Positions 19,341 to 27,416 of a stretch of 35,679 nucleotides of DNA are shown one piece after another. Origin of the DNA: Fibrobacteria bacterium (GTDB taxonomy: Bacteria; Fibrobacterota; Fibrobacteria; UBA11236); the NCBI GenBank assembly GCA_050486505.1, contig JBJHDK010000020.1:1-35679 (forward strand). The letters run 5' to 3'. Position numbers and translations under genes: made by a program. Each line of letters starts with the position of its first letter. Positions within the stretch are counted from its first letter, which is position 1. Under the pieces are notes generated by a model. The model was given only the letters and a program-made list of their open reading frames with translations, was not told the origin of the DNA and did no database searches.

Positions 19341-20495
19341 GTGAACGGAAAACCCCTGAACATCGGCATTACCTGCCACCCGACCGTGGGAGGCAGCGGT
19401 ATTCTGGCTTCGGAGCTGGGAAAGTTCCTGGCACGCAGCGGCCACCGCGTGCACTTCATCACCATGAGCGTGCCTTACAGGTTGCGCGACGAGTTCCATG
19501 AAAACCTTTTCTTCCACACGGTGGAAGTCGAGCCCTATCCGCTTTTCGAACATACGCCCTACAACATGGCGCTGGCCGCGAAGATGCGCGAGGTGGCCGA
19601 GGCCGAAAACCTCGATGTTTTGCACGTGCACTACGCGATTCCCCATGCGATCAGCGCCTACCTTGCCGCCGAGATGCTGGAGTCCTACGCGGGTCGTCGG
19701 TTGCCCGTCGTCACGACGCTGCACGGCACGGACATCACGCTCGTCGGGCAGGACAAGAGCTTCTTCGAGTTGACCCGCTTCGGGATCGAGCGCAGCACCG
19801 CGGTTACGGCGGTTTCGGATTACCTCAAGGAAAAGACCGAAGAGGTGTTCCAGCCCGAGAAGGAGATCCGCCGCATCCATAACTTCACCGATGCGACCTT
19901 GTTTCAAAGACATGCGGCGGGAAGCGATCATTGTCATCGCAAGGCCCTGGCGCCCGGCGGCGAGGTGCTGTTCATGCACATGTCGAACTTTCGTCCGGTG
20001 AAGCGGGTGGAGGATGTGGTGCGCGTGTTCGCACGGGTGGCCGCAGAGGTCGACTCCGTGTTGGTGATGGTGGGCGAGGGGCCGATGATCCGACCCGCAA
20101 AGGCCTTGGCCGAAGCGTTGGGAGTGGCCTCTCGTGTGCGCTTTCTCGGAAACCAGATGGATGTTCCCGCCCTCATGGGATGCGGTGACGTGTTCCTCTT
20201 TCCTTCCGAGGTGGAAAGCTTCGGTCTTGCCCCGCTCGAGGCGATGGCCTGCGAAATACCGGTGATCGCATCGGAGTCCGGGGGGATTCCCGAAGTGGTC
20301 GCGCATGATGAGACGGGGTTTCTTGCGCCGGTGGGAGACGTGGAGGCCATGGGAGCATACGCGGTGCGGCTTGCGCGCGATCCGGTGTTGCGTCGCAGCA
20401 TGGGTGCGGCGGGCCGTCGTCGTGCGGTTGCGCGGTTTTCACCCGAGGCGGCGATCTCGCAGTATGAGGCGCTCTACCGCGAAGTTTCCGGGTAG
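19341..20495 (+). CDS. bshA: N-acetyl-alpha-D-glucosaminyl L-malate synthase (GT4)
   Basis: IGITCHPTVGGSG..A.ELG, HFIT, YPLF, LHVHYAIPHA, TTLHGTDITLVG, SNFRPVKR, ESFGL..LEAM; GTG start 1 nt after the bshB1 stop. Confidence 0.95.
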   Translation: MNGKPLNIGITCHPTVGGSGILASELGKFLARSGHRVHFITMSVPYRLRDEFHENLFFHTVEVEPYPLFEHTPYNMALAAKMREVAEAENLDVLHVHYAIPHAISAYLAAEMLESYAGRRLPVVTTLHGTDITLVGQDKSFFELTRFGIERSTAVTAVSDYLKEKTEEVFQPEKEIRRIHNFTDATLFQRHAAGSDHCHRKALAPGGEVLFMHMSNFRPVKRVEDVVRVFARVAAEVDSVLVMVGEGPMIRPAKALAEALGVASRVRFLGNQMDVPALMGCGDVFLFPSEVESFGLAPLEAMACEIPVIASESGGIPEVVAHDETGFLAPVGDVEAMGAYAVRLARDPVLRRSMGAAGRRRAVARFSPEAAISQYEALYREVSG

Positions 20496-20522
20496 GAAGG
20501 CGGGGCCCCGGAGCGGCGAGGG

Positions 20523-20888
20523 TCAGGCCGCCGGGCGCGGAGTCAGGGCATCCACCTGCTCGCGGATGTCGGCGGCGCGCACCTTGCGGTGGCTGGCGTG
20601 CCAGGCCACCTTGCCGCCCGTGAGCACGAGCACTTGCGGAGATTCGTGACGCACTCCGGTGACGGTTTCGAGGTGCTTTGAGACGGGCCGGGATCCCAGG
20701 ACATCGACGATGTGAAGCTGCAATCCGCCGGTGGCGGCCCGGGCGAACTCGCTGATCTCGATGAACGCATCCGCCGAGAGATCGCAGATGGGGCTGTGCT
20801 TGTAAATCACCACGGGATCGTTGCGGGAGGCCTCGATCGCGCGATCGGCATCCGAGGTCGTGAGCAGGGAGCGCAAGGTCGCGGCCAT
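20523..20888 (-). CDS. ytxJ: Bacillithiol-system monothiol redoxin YtxJ/BrxC (thioredoxin fold)
   Basis: KHSPICDLS (cf. KHSxxCxxS), R.VS, GVRHESPQ, WHASH. Confidence 0.88.
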   Translation of the reverse strand: MAATLRSLLTTSDADRAIEASRNDPVVIYKHSPICDLSADAFIEISEFARAATGGLQLHIVDVLGSRPVSKHLETVTGVRHESPQVLVLTGGKVAWHASHRKVRAADIREQVDALTPRPAA

Positions 20889-20889
20889 G

Positions 20890-21474
20890 TCAGAGGGTTC
20901 CCTTCGTGGACGGCACGCCGGTGACCCGGCGGGAAGGGGACACGGCCATCGAGAGTGCGCGGGCGAAGGCCTTGAAAAGTCCCTCGACGCAGTGATGGGA
21001 GTTGGTTCCGCGCAGCAGGTCGAGATGCAGGTTCATGCGTGCATTCTCCGCCACGCTTTGGAAGAAGTGCTCGACGAGCTCGGTGTCGAGGTTGCCCACG
21101 CGCGAAGCGGGGATGGCGGCATTCCATTCGAACGACATGCGGCCCGAAAGGTCAAGGCAGCAACGGGCGAGGGCCTCGTCCATGGTCACGTAGTAGAACC
21201 CGTAGCGCTCGATGCCAGCCTTGTCGCCCAGGGCCTGTCGCAGGGCTTCGCCGAGGCAGATGGCAATGTCCTCGGCGCTGTGGTGCATGTCGATGTGGGT
21301 GTCACCCTTGCAGGTCACGCTGAGGCCGAACCCCCCGTGCTTGCGGAAGAGGTCGAGCATGTGGTCGAGGAACCCCGATCCCGTGTCCACCGGGCCATCG
21401 ATCGGGTTGTCGAGATCAAGAATGAGCTCGACGAAGGTTTCCTTGGTCTGGCGTGAAAGCTTGGCGTGGCGCAT
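20890..21474 (-). CDS. hisB: Imidazoleglycerol-phosphate dehydratase (monofunctional)
   Basis: RQTKET, GFLDHML, GDTHIDMHHSAED, MDEAL, LDLSGR, NSHHCVE..FKAFARAL, PSTKG. Confidence 0.97.
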   Translation of the reverse strand: MRHAKLSRQTKETFVELILDLDNPIDGPVDTGSGFLDHMLDLFRKHGGFGLSVTCKGDTHIDMHHSAEDIAICLGEALRQALGDKAGIERYGFYYVTMDEALARCCLDLSGRMSFEWNAAIPASRVGNLDTELVEHFFQSVAENARMNLHLDLLRGTNSHHCVEGLFKAFARALSMAVSPSRRVTGVPSTKGTL

Positions 21475-21495
21475 GGGATTCCTGGGTCGGAGGGG

Positions 21496-22338
21496 CTAGT
21501 AGCCGAAGCGCTCGCCGTCCACGACGAAGCGGCGCCGGTTGGGGACGATCACGGTGTCGCGGAGCAGAACCCGAACGCTGCGGCTCTGGCGTGTGATGAA
21601 GGTGATGGCATCGGTGTGCGTGAACTCCATGGGGCGGGTGGAGCTCAGGTAATCGGAAACCTCACGCTGCCCGGCTGGAAGGACGCGCACCCACACACTG
21701 TCGCTGATGCCGAGCAGGCGGACGCGGGTTTCGCGCGGACCTTCGGCTTCGTCCTCCTCGTCGAGAATCGCCGCAGCCGAAGTGTCGGTGGTTTCCGTGT
21801 CGCCCTCGGGCGGCATGGGAGCGGGATCCTCGGGTTCCGGCAGGGGGTCCAGGTTCAGCAACGTGTCGGCGGGAGCGGTCGGAACGGCCGGCTCGAGTGC
21901 TTCGTCGCCGGTGCTGAACTTGCCCATGATGAGCAGGAGCACGAAAAGCAGCACGGCCAACAAGAGAATGAAGATTTGCTTGTGGGCCCGCGCGTGCGTC
22001 GGCGAGTCGTCCTTGTACGGGGAAATCGTCGGGGCGGCGGGTTTGTTTCCACTCTCTTCGGCGTATGCCTGAAGCAGGTCCTTCTGGTCGAGGTGCAGGT
22101 AACGCGACAGCGAGACGAGCATGGCCCGCACATAGGGGGCACCGGCAAGCACGCCGTAGTTTCCGGATTCCAAGGCCTCAAGGGTGGAGGGGGCGATGCG
22201 CAGGTCGGCACAGAGCCTGTCGGCGGAGATCCCGGCGCGCTCGCGGGCGCTCCGGAGGGTCCGGCCCACGATGGACTTTCCTGCGGCGGGTACGCCTGAT
22301 TGCGGGTTTTCGGACGTGTTCTTTTCGTTTTCTTCCAT
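21496..22338 (-). CDS. RodZ-like protein (HTH_25, TM helix, C-terminal beta domain)
   Basis: GRTLRSARE..G.S......LRI....LEALE.G, YVR; single TM IFILLLAVLLFVLLLI; Pro/acidic linker; SVWVRV C-terminal domain. Confidence 0.75.
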   Translation of the reverse strand: MEENEKNTSENPQSGVPAAGKSIVGRTLRSARERAGISADRLCADLRIAPSTLEALESGNYGVLAGAPYVRAMLVSLSRYLHLDQKDLLQAYAEESGNKPAAPTISPYKDDSPTHARAHKQIFILLLAVLLFVLLLIMGKFSTGDEALEPAVPTAPADTLLNLDPLPEPEDPAPMPPEGDTETTDTSAAAILDEEDEAEGPRETRVRLLGISDSVWVRVLPAGQREVSDYLSSTRPMEFTHTDAITFITRQSRSVRVLLRDTVIVPNRRRFVVDGERFGY

Positions 22339-22375
22339 GGATCTGCCTTGCGGGGTTCAGGTGCGTGGAAGCCGG

Positions 22376-22429
22376 CTTCCGGACTCCTCCCGCAGGGCGC
22401 GCCACCGGCGCAGCGGAGGAGCCCGGAAG
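22376..22429. other. GC-rich inverted repeat (hairpin) between maf and the rodZ-like gene
   Basis: CTTCCGGACTCCTCCCGC ... GCGGAGGAGCCCGGAAG are near-complementary arms; no U-tract on either side. Confidence 0.45.
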
Positions 22430-22454
22430 GGGGCTCTCCGGGAAATGTACTCGT

Positions 22455-23033
22455 TCAGCCCTGTCGGGCGAACCCCAAGAGGCCGAGGGTTTTCTGCACC
22501 GGAAGCCCCATCACGTTGAAAAAGCAGCCTTCGATCCTATCGACGAGAAATGCGCCTCGTCCCTGGATGGCATAGGCACCGGCTTTGTCCATCGGTTCCC
22601 CGCCCTGCACGTAGGCTTCCAGCACGGGAGTGTCCCAGAATGCGAAGGTCACCGTACTGCTTCCCGTCGTCGAATCCAGGAGTTTTCCGCCGCGCGCCAA
22701 GGCAACTCCGGTGTGGACACGGTGGGTTTTCCCGACGAGGCGGCGAAGCATGGCGACGGCCTCCTTCGCATCGGCGGGCTTCCCGAGGATGTCTCCGTCG
22801 ATTTCGACGAGCGTGTCGGCGCCGAGCACCAGCGCCTCGGGGTGGGCCGCGCTGACGTCGAGCGCCTTCATGCGGGCGAGCGCCTCGGGGATTTCGGGTG
22901 CAGGGGTTCCTGACGGCGCGACTTCCTCCCGGTCGGATGGAATCGCGGAAAACCCGAAGCCGAGCATTTCCAGGATTTGCACGCGCCGCGGCGACCGGCT
23001 GGCGAGAATCAGGGGGTGGGAGAGGGGGAACAC
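22455..23033 (-). CDS. maf: Maf family nucleoside triphosphate pyrophosphatase
   Basis: ILASRSPRR, KA, GADT, GKP, H.V.TG, EPMDKAGAYAIQG, NVMGLP. Confidence 0.95.
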   Translation of the reverse strand: MFPLSHPLILASRSPRRVQILEMLGFGFSAIPSDREEVAPSGTPAPEIPEALARMKALDVSAAHPEALVLGADTLVEIDGDILGKPADAKEAVAMLRRLVGKTHRVHTGVALARGGKLLDSTTGSSTVTFAFWDTPVLEAYVQGGEPMDKAGAYAIQGRGAFLVDRIEGCFFNVMGLPVQKTLGLLGFARQG

Positions 23034-23040
23034 GGGGGGA

Positions 23041-23089
23041 AATTAAGAATTAAGAATTGGGAATTAAGAATTACGAATTACGAATGAAA
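23041..23089 (+). repeat. Heptamer tandem array (AATTAAG/AATTACG) x6 plus one degenerate unit
   Basis: AATTAAG AATTAAG AATTGGG AATTAAG AATTACG AATTACG AATGAAA read directly. Confidence 0.9.
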
Positions 23090-23253
23090 GGCAGGGGGAG
23101 TGCTCCGACAATGATTCACGCTGCTCATGCGGGGCCGTCGATGCGGCAGAGGCATGGAGGTCAGGACAGGGTTTCCGCAGGGCCGGTGCTGTGTGAAGGT
23201 TCCAAGTGTTATTCAGGCAAGGATCACCGGGTTCCGTGTTCAGAACACCCCCC

Positions 23254-23277
23254 ATTCATTCTTAATTCTTAATTCTT
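23254..23277 (-). repeat. Inverted heptamer array (CTTAATT)n
   Basis: ATTCATT CTTAATT CTTAATT CTT, the reverse complement of the 23041 array type. Confidence 0.85.
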
Positions 23278-23331
23278 CTCTCCCCTAACCCCGCATCTCC
23301 CCGGTCGCCGTCCCCCGATTCCCCTGCGTTC

Positions 23332-23358
23332 AACTCGTCACTCATAACTCATAACTCC
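23332..23358 (-). repeat. Variant heptamer array (ATGAGTT-type on the minus strand) directly after the lptD stop
   Basis: AACTCGT CACTCAT AACTCAT AACTCC on the plus strand. Confidence 0.6.
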
Positions 23359-25845
23359 CTAAATCGCCCGCGTGTCGCGAGCCTCGAGCTTGATGTCGGG
23401 GAGGTCGATGATGCGGATCATGAAGTACCAGCCCTGCGCCACGCCGACGGGGGTCCAGCTGAAATTCATCTGCCAGCAGTGGATGGTGCGCTCGAAACCG
23501 AAGTTGTGGCGGGAGAACTCGCCTTCGGTGAAGTTGAATTCCGTGTTGTAGGTCATGTGCCAGTTCGACGTGGGGCTGAGCCGGAAGCCGCCATTGGCCT
23601 GGTGGGTGCGGGTGACGTTGAAGATCTCCGAGGTGCCCAGGAATTTTTCAGCGGGGTTCCCTCCGCCGGTCGTGCCGACGCGGTTGGCGCGGAAGTCGAA
23701 ACTGTAGTTGAGCGAGACCGACCAGGGCGACTGCTCGAACTCGGTGGTGGGGGCTCCCTGGGTGTCGCGCATGCGCAACCCCGTGTTCAGGCCGCCGCCG
23801 ATCTCGAAGCCGCGCCGCCAGCCGAACCCCCAGCTTTGCAAGATGGGGGCTGTTTCCCGGTTGGCGGGCGAGGTCGGGTCGAGCGTACGGTATCCCTCGG
23901 GGTCGGCGAACTCGTCATAGACCCTGTGGCTGGCGTTGATGTTCAGGGCGACGTTGCGCGTGAGGTAGAGATTGACGTTGCTGCTGAGGTCGGACCACGG
24001 TCGCACGTCGCGGGCGAAGTTGTAGTTGATGCCGCTGTTGGTGGTCATCAGCTTGTACGACTGCGCCTTGGCCGCGGCGCTGTCGCCCGCACCGGCGGGG
24101 GCGACCTTGAGGTCGACGTCGTTGCCGAGCTGGAATCCCACCTCGCGGCGTTCGGCCTGGTAGGCCGTGCCTCCGATGCGGGGGTTGGGTGCGAAGCGGG
24201 TGTTGGAATCGAGTTCCGGGGCATAGGTCAGGCTGATGGCGGGCGTAATGGTGTGGCGCGCTGCGGTGACGCGACCGAGGAAGGGATGATCCTCCATTTG
24301 CGCGATGCCGTAGATGCGCGTGTCGGCGCGCAGGCTGGCGTTCCAGGCGAAGAAGTATTGGCCGAGCTGTCCTTCGGCGGGATTGAAGTCGTTGACGTAG
24401 GGGTTGAGGCTGTCGCCGCGCGCGCCCGCCGACCAGAGCTGCGAGGCGTTGAGTGAGGGGGTCAAGTTGAAATAGTTGAAGGCCGTGTATTTGCCCGAGA
24501 GGGTGGCCTGGTCGGTGAAGCCCGCATACTGTGCCGTGTCGCCCGCGCGCCCGGCGAACTCGGCACGGCGCACCTCGTGGATGTTGAAGCGGTTGCTGTA
24601 ATTCCACGTCCAGCTGTGGTACCAGGCATCGTCGCGCCCGGCCGCGCGCGCCTCCTCCGAGACGGGGATGAGGGGCCCCGAGGCGCTGAAGGTGGCATTG
24701 GGCAGGCTGCGGTTGAGGTTGTCCTGCGTGAGGTTGTGCTCCTGCGAGGCCTCGATGTTGAGCACGGCATTGGCGCGGTCGAACTGGCGCCGGTAGCCGA
24801 GGTTGGCGTTGGCGGTCTGTTGCAGCCGGTCTTCTTCGGTGTAGGAGTTGCGCTGCACGATTTCCGGATCGGACTGGATACGACCGCTTCCCTTGAGGGT
24901 CTGCCTTCCGTCGGGCGTGATGTTGAGGTCGTTGCGGAAATCGACGTAACCGCCCGCGCGCTCGGGCTGGAACTCGGGAACGTACAGTCGCCCGCCCACC
25001 ATGCCGTTCCACACATAGCGCTTGTTCCACTGGTAGGTGCCGTTGAAATGAGTCTGGTCGAAGGTTCCGTTCTCCCCCTCGACGATGTCCGCGGAAAGTT
25101 GCAGGTCCTGATAGTCGCTGATGGCCCAGTAGTAGCCGAGGTTCTGCAGGAAATATCCCTGTGTCTGGTCGCCGCCGAAGCGCGGCGTGAGCATGCCCGA
25201 GCGGCGCCCCGTGCCCAGCGGCATCACCATCATGGGCAGCACCGCGACGGGCACGTCGGCGATGTTCATCACGATGGGGCCCGACAGCACCTGCCGTTGC
25301 GGTTGCACGATCATGCGGCGGGCATAGAAGTGGTAGTGGGGGCCGGGGTGCTCGTCGCAGGTGGAGAGGTCGGCGCGCGCGAGATACACGCTCCCGTCGG
25401 GTTGGCGACGCACCTCGTTGCCGTTGAAGAAGTGCCCGTCCTGCACCGAGGATCCGTAGTACACGGTTCCCACGCGGTTGCGCAGGTTGTAGCGCATCTG
25501 GTAGCCGAGGATGGCGGGGTTGAGCGGGTCCTCGATCAGGGGCGCGCCGAAGGCCTCCACGATGTCGAGGTCGGCATAGTAGACGATGGAGTCGGCCTTG
25601 AGCGTGGATCCTTGGTACTTGAGCAACGCGCCTTCGGCCAGCACGAAGCGGTCGTTGCGGAAACGGATTCGCGAGGCCTCATATTCCACGGTGTCGCCCG
25701 CAGCCTGCACAGAGGATGTTCCGGATGCCGCTGCGGTATCGACGATGGCCGTGTCCGCCGGAGCCGTCGGCGAAGGGAGAGGGGTGACCACCTGCGCGGC
25801 GATCGGGAGGGCGGCCAATGCGGCCAGGGCAAGGGGGCGGAACAT
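23359..25845 (-). CDS. lptD: Putative LPS-assembly outer-membrane protein LptD
   Basis: Signal peptide; N-terminal beta-jellyroll (VEYEASRI, LKADSIVYY, STCD...PHYHF.A); RRSG.L.P.FG...GYFLQNLGYYWAISDY; beta-barrel pattern; C-terminal R.IHCWQM.F.W.P. Confidence 0.85.
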   Translation of the reverse strand: MFRPLALAALAALPIAAQVVTPLPSPTAPADTAIVDTAAASGTSSVQAAGDTVEYEASRIRFRNDRFVLAEGALLKYQGSTLKADSIVYYADLDIVEAFGAPLIEDPLNPAILGYQMRYNLRNRVGTVYYGSSVQDGHFFNGNEVRRQPDGSVYLARADLSTCDEHPGPHYHFYARRMIVQPQRQVLSGPIVMNIADVPVAVLPMMVMPLGTGRRSGMLTPRFGGDQTQGYFLQNLGYYWAISDYQDLQLSADIVEGENGTFDQTHFNGTYQWNKRYVWNGMVGGRLYVPEFQPERAGGYVDFRNDLNITPDGRQTLKGSGRIQSDPEIVQRNSYTEEDRLQQTANANLGYRRQFDRANAVLNIEASQEHNLTQDNLNRSLPNATFSASGPLIPVSEEARAAGRDDAWYHSWTWNYSNRFNIHEVRRAEFAGRAGDTAQYAGFTDQATLSGKYTAFNYFNLTPSLNASQLWSAGARGDSLNPYVNDFNPAEGQLGQYFFAWNASLRADTRIYGIAQMEDHPFLGRVTAARHTITPAISLTYAPELDSNTRFAPNPRIGGTAYQAERREVGFQLGNDVDLKVAPAGAGDSAAAKAQSYKLMTTNSGINYNFARDVRPWSDLSSNVNLYLTRNVALNINASHRVYDEFADPEGYRTLDPTSPANRETAPILQSWGFGWRRGFEIGGGLNTGLRMRDTQGAPTTEFEQSPWSVSLNYSFDFRANRVGTTGGGNPAEKFLGTSEIFNVTRTHQANGGFRLSPTSNWHMTYNTEFNFTEGEFSRHNFGFERTIHCWQMNFSWTPVGVAQGWYFMIRIIDLPDIKLEARDTRAI

Positions 25846-25945
25846 CGCAGGGGGGAAGGTAGCAAGGCGGGGTTTCGCTTGACATTTGCGGAGGGGGATA
25901 AGTTAAGCGAAGCGGCAGGAGTCAATCGCCGAGGCACGGGCCCGC

Positions 25946-26076
25946 ATGATGCAATGGGTTGTGGATCGCAACAACTTGGAACCACCGGATCGGGAACCTC
26001 ATTCAAGGACCTCTCCTGGACCGGAAGCCGGCTGGTCGTGGTGGGCGATGGCGGCGCCATCCTTGCAATGCCGTGA
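25946..26076 (+). pseudogene. Internally deleted remnant of a beta-propeller lipoprotein paralog
   Basis: Start CGCATGATGCAATGGGT (MMQWV) resembles CGCATGATTAAATGGGT (MIKWV) at 26215; then, out of frame, WTGSRLVVVGDGGAILAMP-stop, nearly identical to the 26215-27192 C-terminus. Confidence 0.75.
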
Positions 26077-26093
26077 GTTCCTTGTCGCGATCG
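26015..26093 (+). repeat. 79-bp direct repeat, copy 1 (copy 2 at 27131-27209)
   Basis: CCTGGACCGG...ATGCCGTGAGTTCCTTGTCGCGATCG; 3 mismatches between the copies by manual alignment. Confidence 0.92.
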
Positions 26094-26148
26094 AAATCCT
26101 GATGATTCGAGGAATTTGTCGCATTTTAAAAAACACGAATTTTTTCGC

Positions 26149-26175
26149 TTGGCATTTGCGGGGGGGGGGTAGATT
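26149..26175 (+). promoter_or_regulatory. Candidate sigma70-type promoter TTGGCA-(15 nt including G10)-TAGATT; homologous copy TTGACA...TAAGTT at 25879-25904
   Basis: TTTCGCTTG(G/A)CATTTGCGG(G/A)GGGGG is duplicated, with the -35-like hexamer 66-67 nt upstream of both paralog ATGs; the spacer is shorter than the canonical 17 nt. Confidence 0.4.
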
Positions 26176-26214
26176 AAAGGTGGCCCTCTGTTTGGGGAAA
26201 GCGATGGGTGACGC

Positions 26215-27192
26215 ATGATTAAATGGGTGAGTTCTATTTCGCTAATCTGCGGAAGCACCCTACTTCTTTCAGGTTGTTTCACGGATAGCGTTCCTAAAGC
26301 CGAATCTGGCGCAAGCTCCCTTCCAATCCCCCATTACAACAAGCTCGGCGGGGAATGGACGCAGCGTGAATCCGGCAGCACGGCGCATTTGTCGACAGTG
26401 ATCTGGACGGGGAGTCGACTCGTCGTCCTCGCGGGGGATACGGTATTGATTTCACCCGATGGCGCGGAATGGGTACGACATGCGGTGAATTCGCAGGGCG
26501 GGCTCAAGTCATCGGCATGGTCGCAACCCTTGGGAATTTTGGTCGCCGTTGGCGAGAACGGGACGATCATGACCTCAACAAGCGGAGAGAACTGGTCCAC
26601 GGTATCGTCAGGCACCACGCAAGGCTTGGGGGCAGTGAAATGGGTCGACACCCAATTTGTGGCGATTGGCGACGGGGGAACAATCTTGACGTCTCCGAAT
26701 GGTACGGACTGGACCTCGCGCAATTCAGGGACATCGGAGGGTTTGAGAACTCTCGACTGGAATGACGGCGTGATTGTCGTGGCAGGAAATTCCGGAACCA
26801 TCCTTACCTCGCAGGATGCCCAGATCTGGATGCTACGGGAGAGCGGTGTTTCTGAAGGCATTCAATGGCTGGTTTGGACCGGGGCGCAATTTTGGGGTGA
26901 AACCCTTTCTTCGCCGCCCGTTGAGTCGGGGGTCTCGTTACTGTCCCAGGATGGCCTGGACTGGACGCAGAATGTCGGCGGAAGCTTCTTTCACGCAGTA
27001 CGCATTGGAAGGCAGATCGTTGGGTTCGGTCCGGTCACTGATGCCTTTTCCGAAAGCATTATGGATGTCTCGGGTGAGGGCTCAAGCTGGAGCAAGGGCA
27101 TGGGGACGTCGCAGTTCGTGCGCGCCGTTGCCTGGACCGGCAGCCGGCTGGTCGTGGTGGGCGATGGCGGCACCATCCTTACAATGCCGTGA
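26215..27192 (+). CDS. Lipoprotein with WD40/YVTN/BNR-like (Ycf48-like) beta-propeller repeats
   Basis: Lipobox LLSGC; repeated W...SGT...L..V.W.....VAVG..GTILTS.DG..W units. Confidence 0.85.
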   Translation: MIKWVSSISLICGSTLLLSGCFTDSVPKAESGASSLPIPHYNKLGGEWTQRESGSTAHLSTVIWTGSRLVVLAGDTVLISPDGAEWVRHAVNSQGGLKSSAWSQPLGILVAVGENGTIMTSTSGENWSTVSSGTTQGLGAVKWVDTQFVAIGDGGTILTSPNGTDWTSRNSGTSEGLRTLDWNDGVIVVAGNSGTILTSQDAQIWMLRESGVSEGIQWLVWTGAQFWGETLSSPPVESGVSLLSQDGLDWTQNVGGSFFHAVRIGRQIVGFGPVTDAFSESIMDVSGEGSSWSKGMGTSQFVRAVAWTGSRLVVVGDGGTILTMP

Positions 27193-27209
27193 GTTCCTTG
27201 TCGCGATCG
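27131..27209 (+). repeat. 79-bp direct repeat, copy 2
   Basis: Matches 26015-26093 at 76/79 positions; spans the last 20 codons, the stop and 17 nt of 3' flank. Confidence 0.92.
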
Positions 27210-27390
27210 TCGACGCTTCACTCCGATTTATGATGTTAAGGGAGTGCGCAGGGTGAACCGTATCTACAGACATGCGGGCGGTACTTGGAATGCCGAGCCC
27301 ATTTTCGTGGGCGACTTGCCCAAGGGTATTTACTTGGTGAGAGTCGTTTCCGGTTCCAATAAACTTCAGCGACGTCTCGTAAAGTGGTAA
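27193..27390 (+). pseudogene. Orphan T9SS (Por secretion) type-A-like C-terminal sorting domain, in frame behind the stop of 26215-27192
   Basis: Translates to VPCRDRRRFTPIYDVKGVRRVNRIYRHAGGTWNAEPIFVGDLPKGIYLVRVVSGSNKLQRRLVKW-stop, matching IYDxxG...LPxGxYxVxV...KLVK. Confidence 0.65.
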
Positions 27391-27416
27391 ATCAGAGGGC
27401 TTCTTGGAGGGTGAAT

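Noticed and set aside
23057..23272. Short ORFs across the heptamer-bounded element (23057-23272 plus, 23064-23255 minus)
   Set aside because: They begin and end in repeat-derived peptide (IKNYELR, FILNS), lack an RBS and show no protein-like features.
24577..26076. 499-aa plus-strand ORF ending in the propeller-like C-terminus
   Set aside because: Almost entirely antisense to lptD; only the last 30 or so codons are meaningful and belong to the deleted paralog remnant.
27190..27192. TGA as a selenocysteine codon
   Set aside because: The paralog at 27417-28523 ends at the same position with TAA, there is no redox motif context, and no convincing SECIS hairpin was seen.
26015..27209. 79-bp repeat pair as a diversity-generating retroelement TR/VR
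   Set aside because: The three mismatches are not adenine-specific to one copy (A/C, G/A, G/A) and no reverse transcriptase is in the window.
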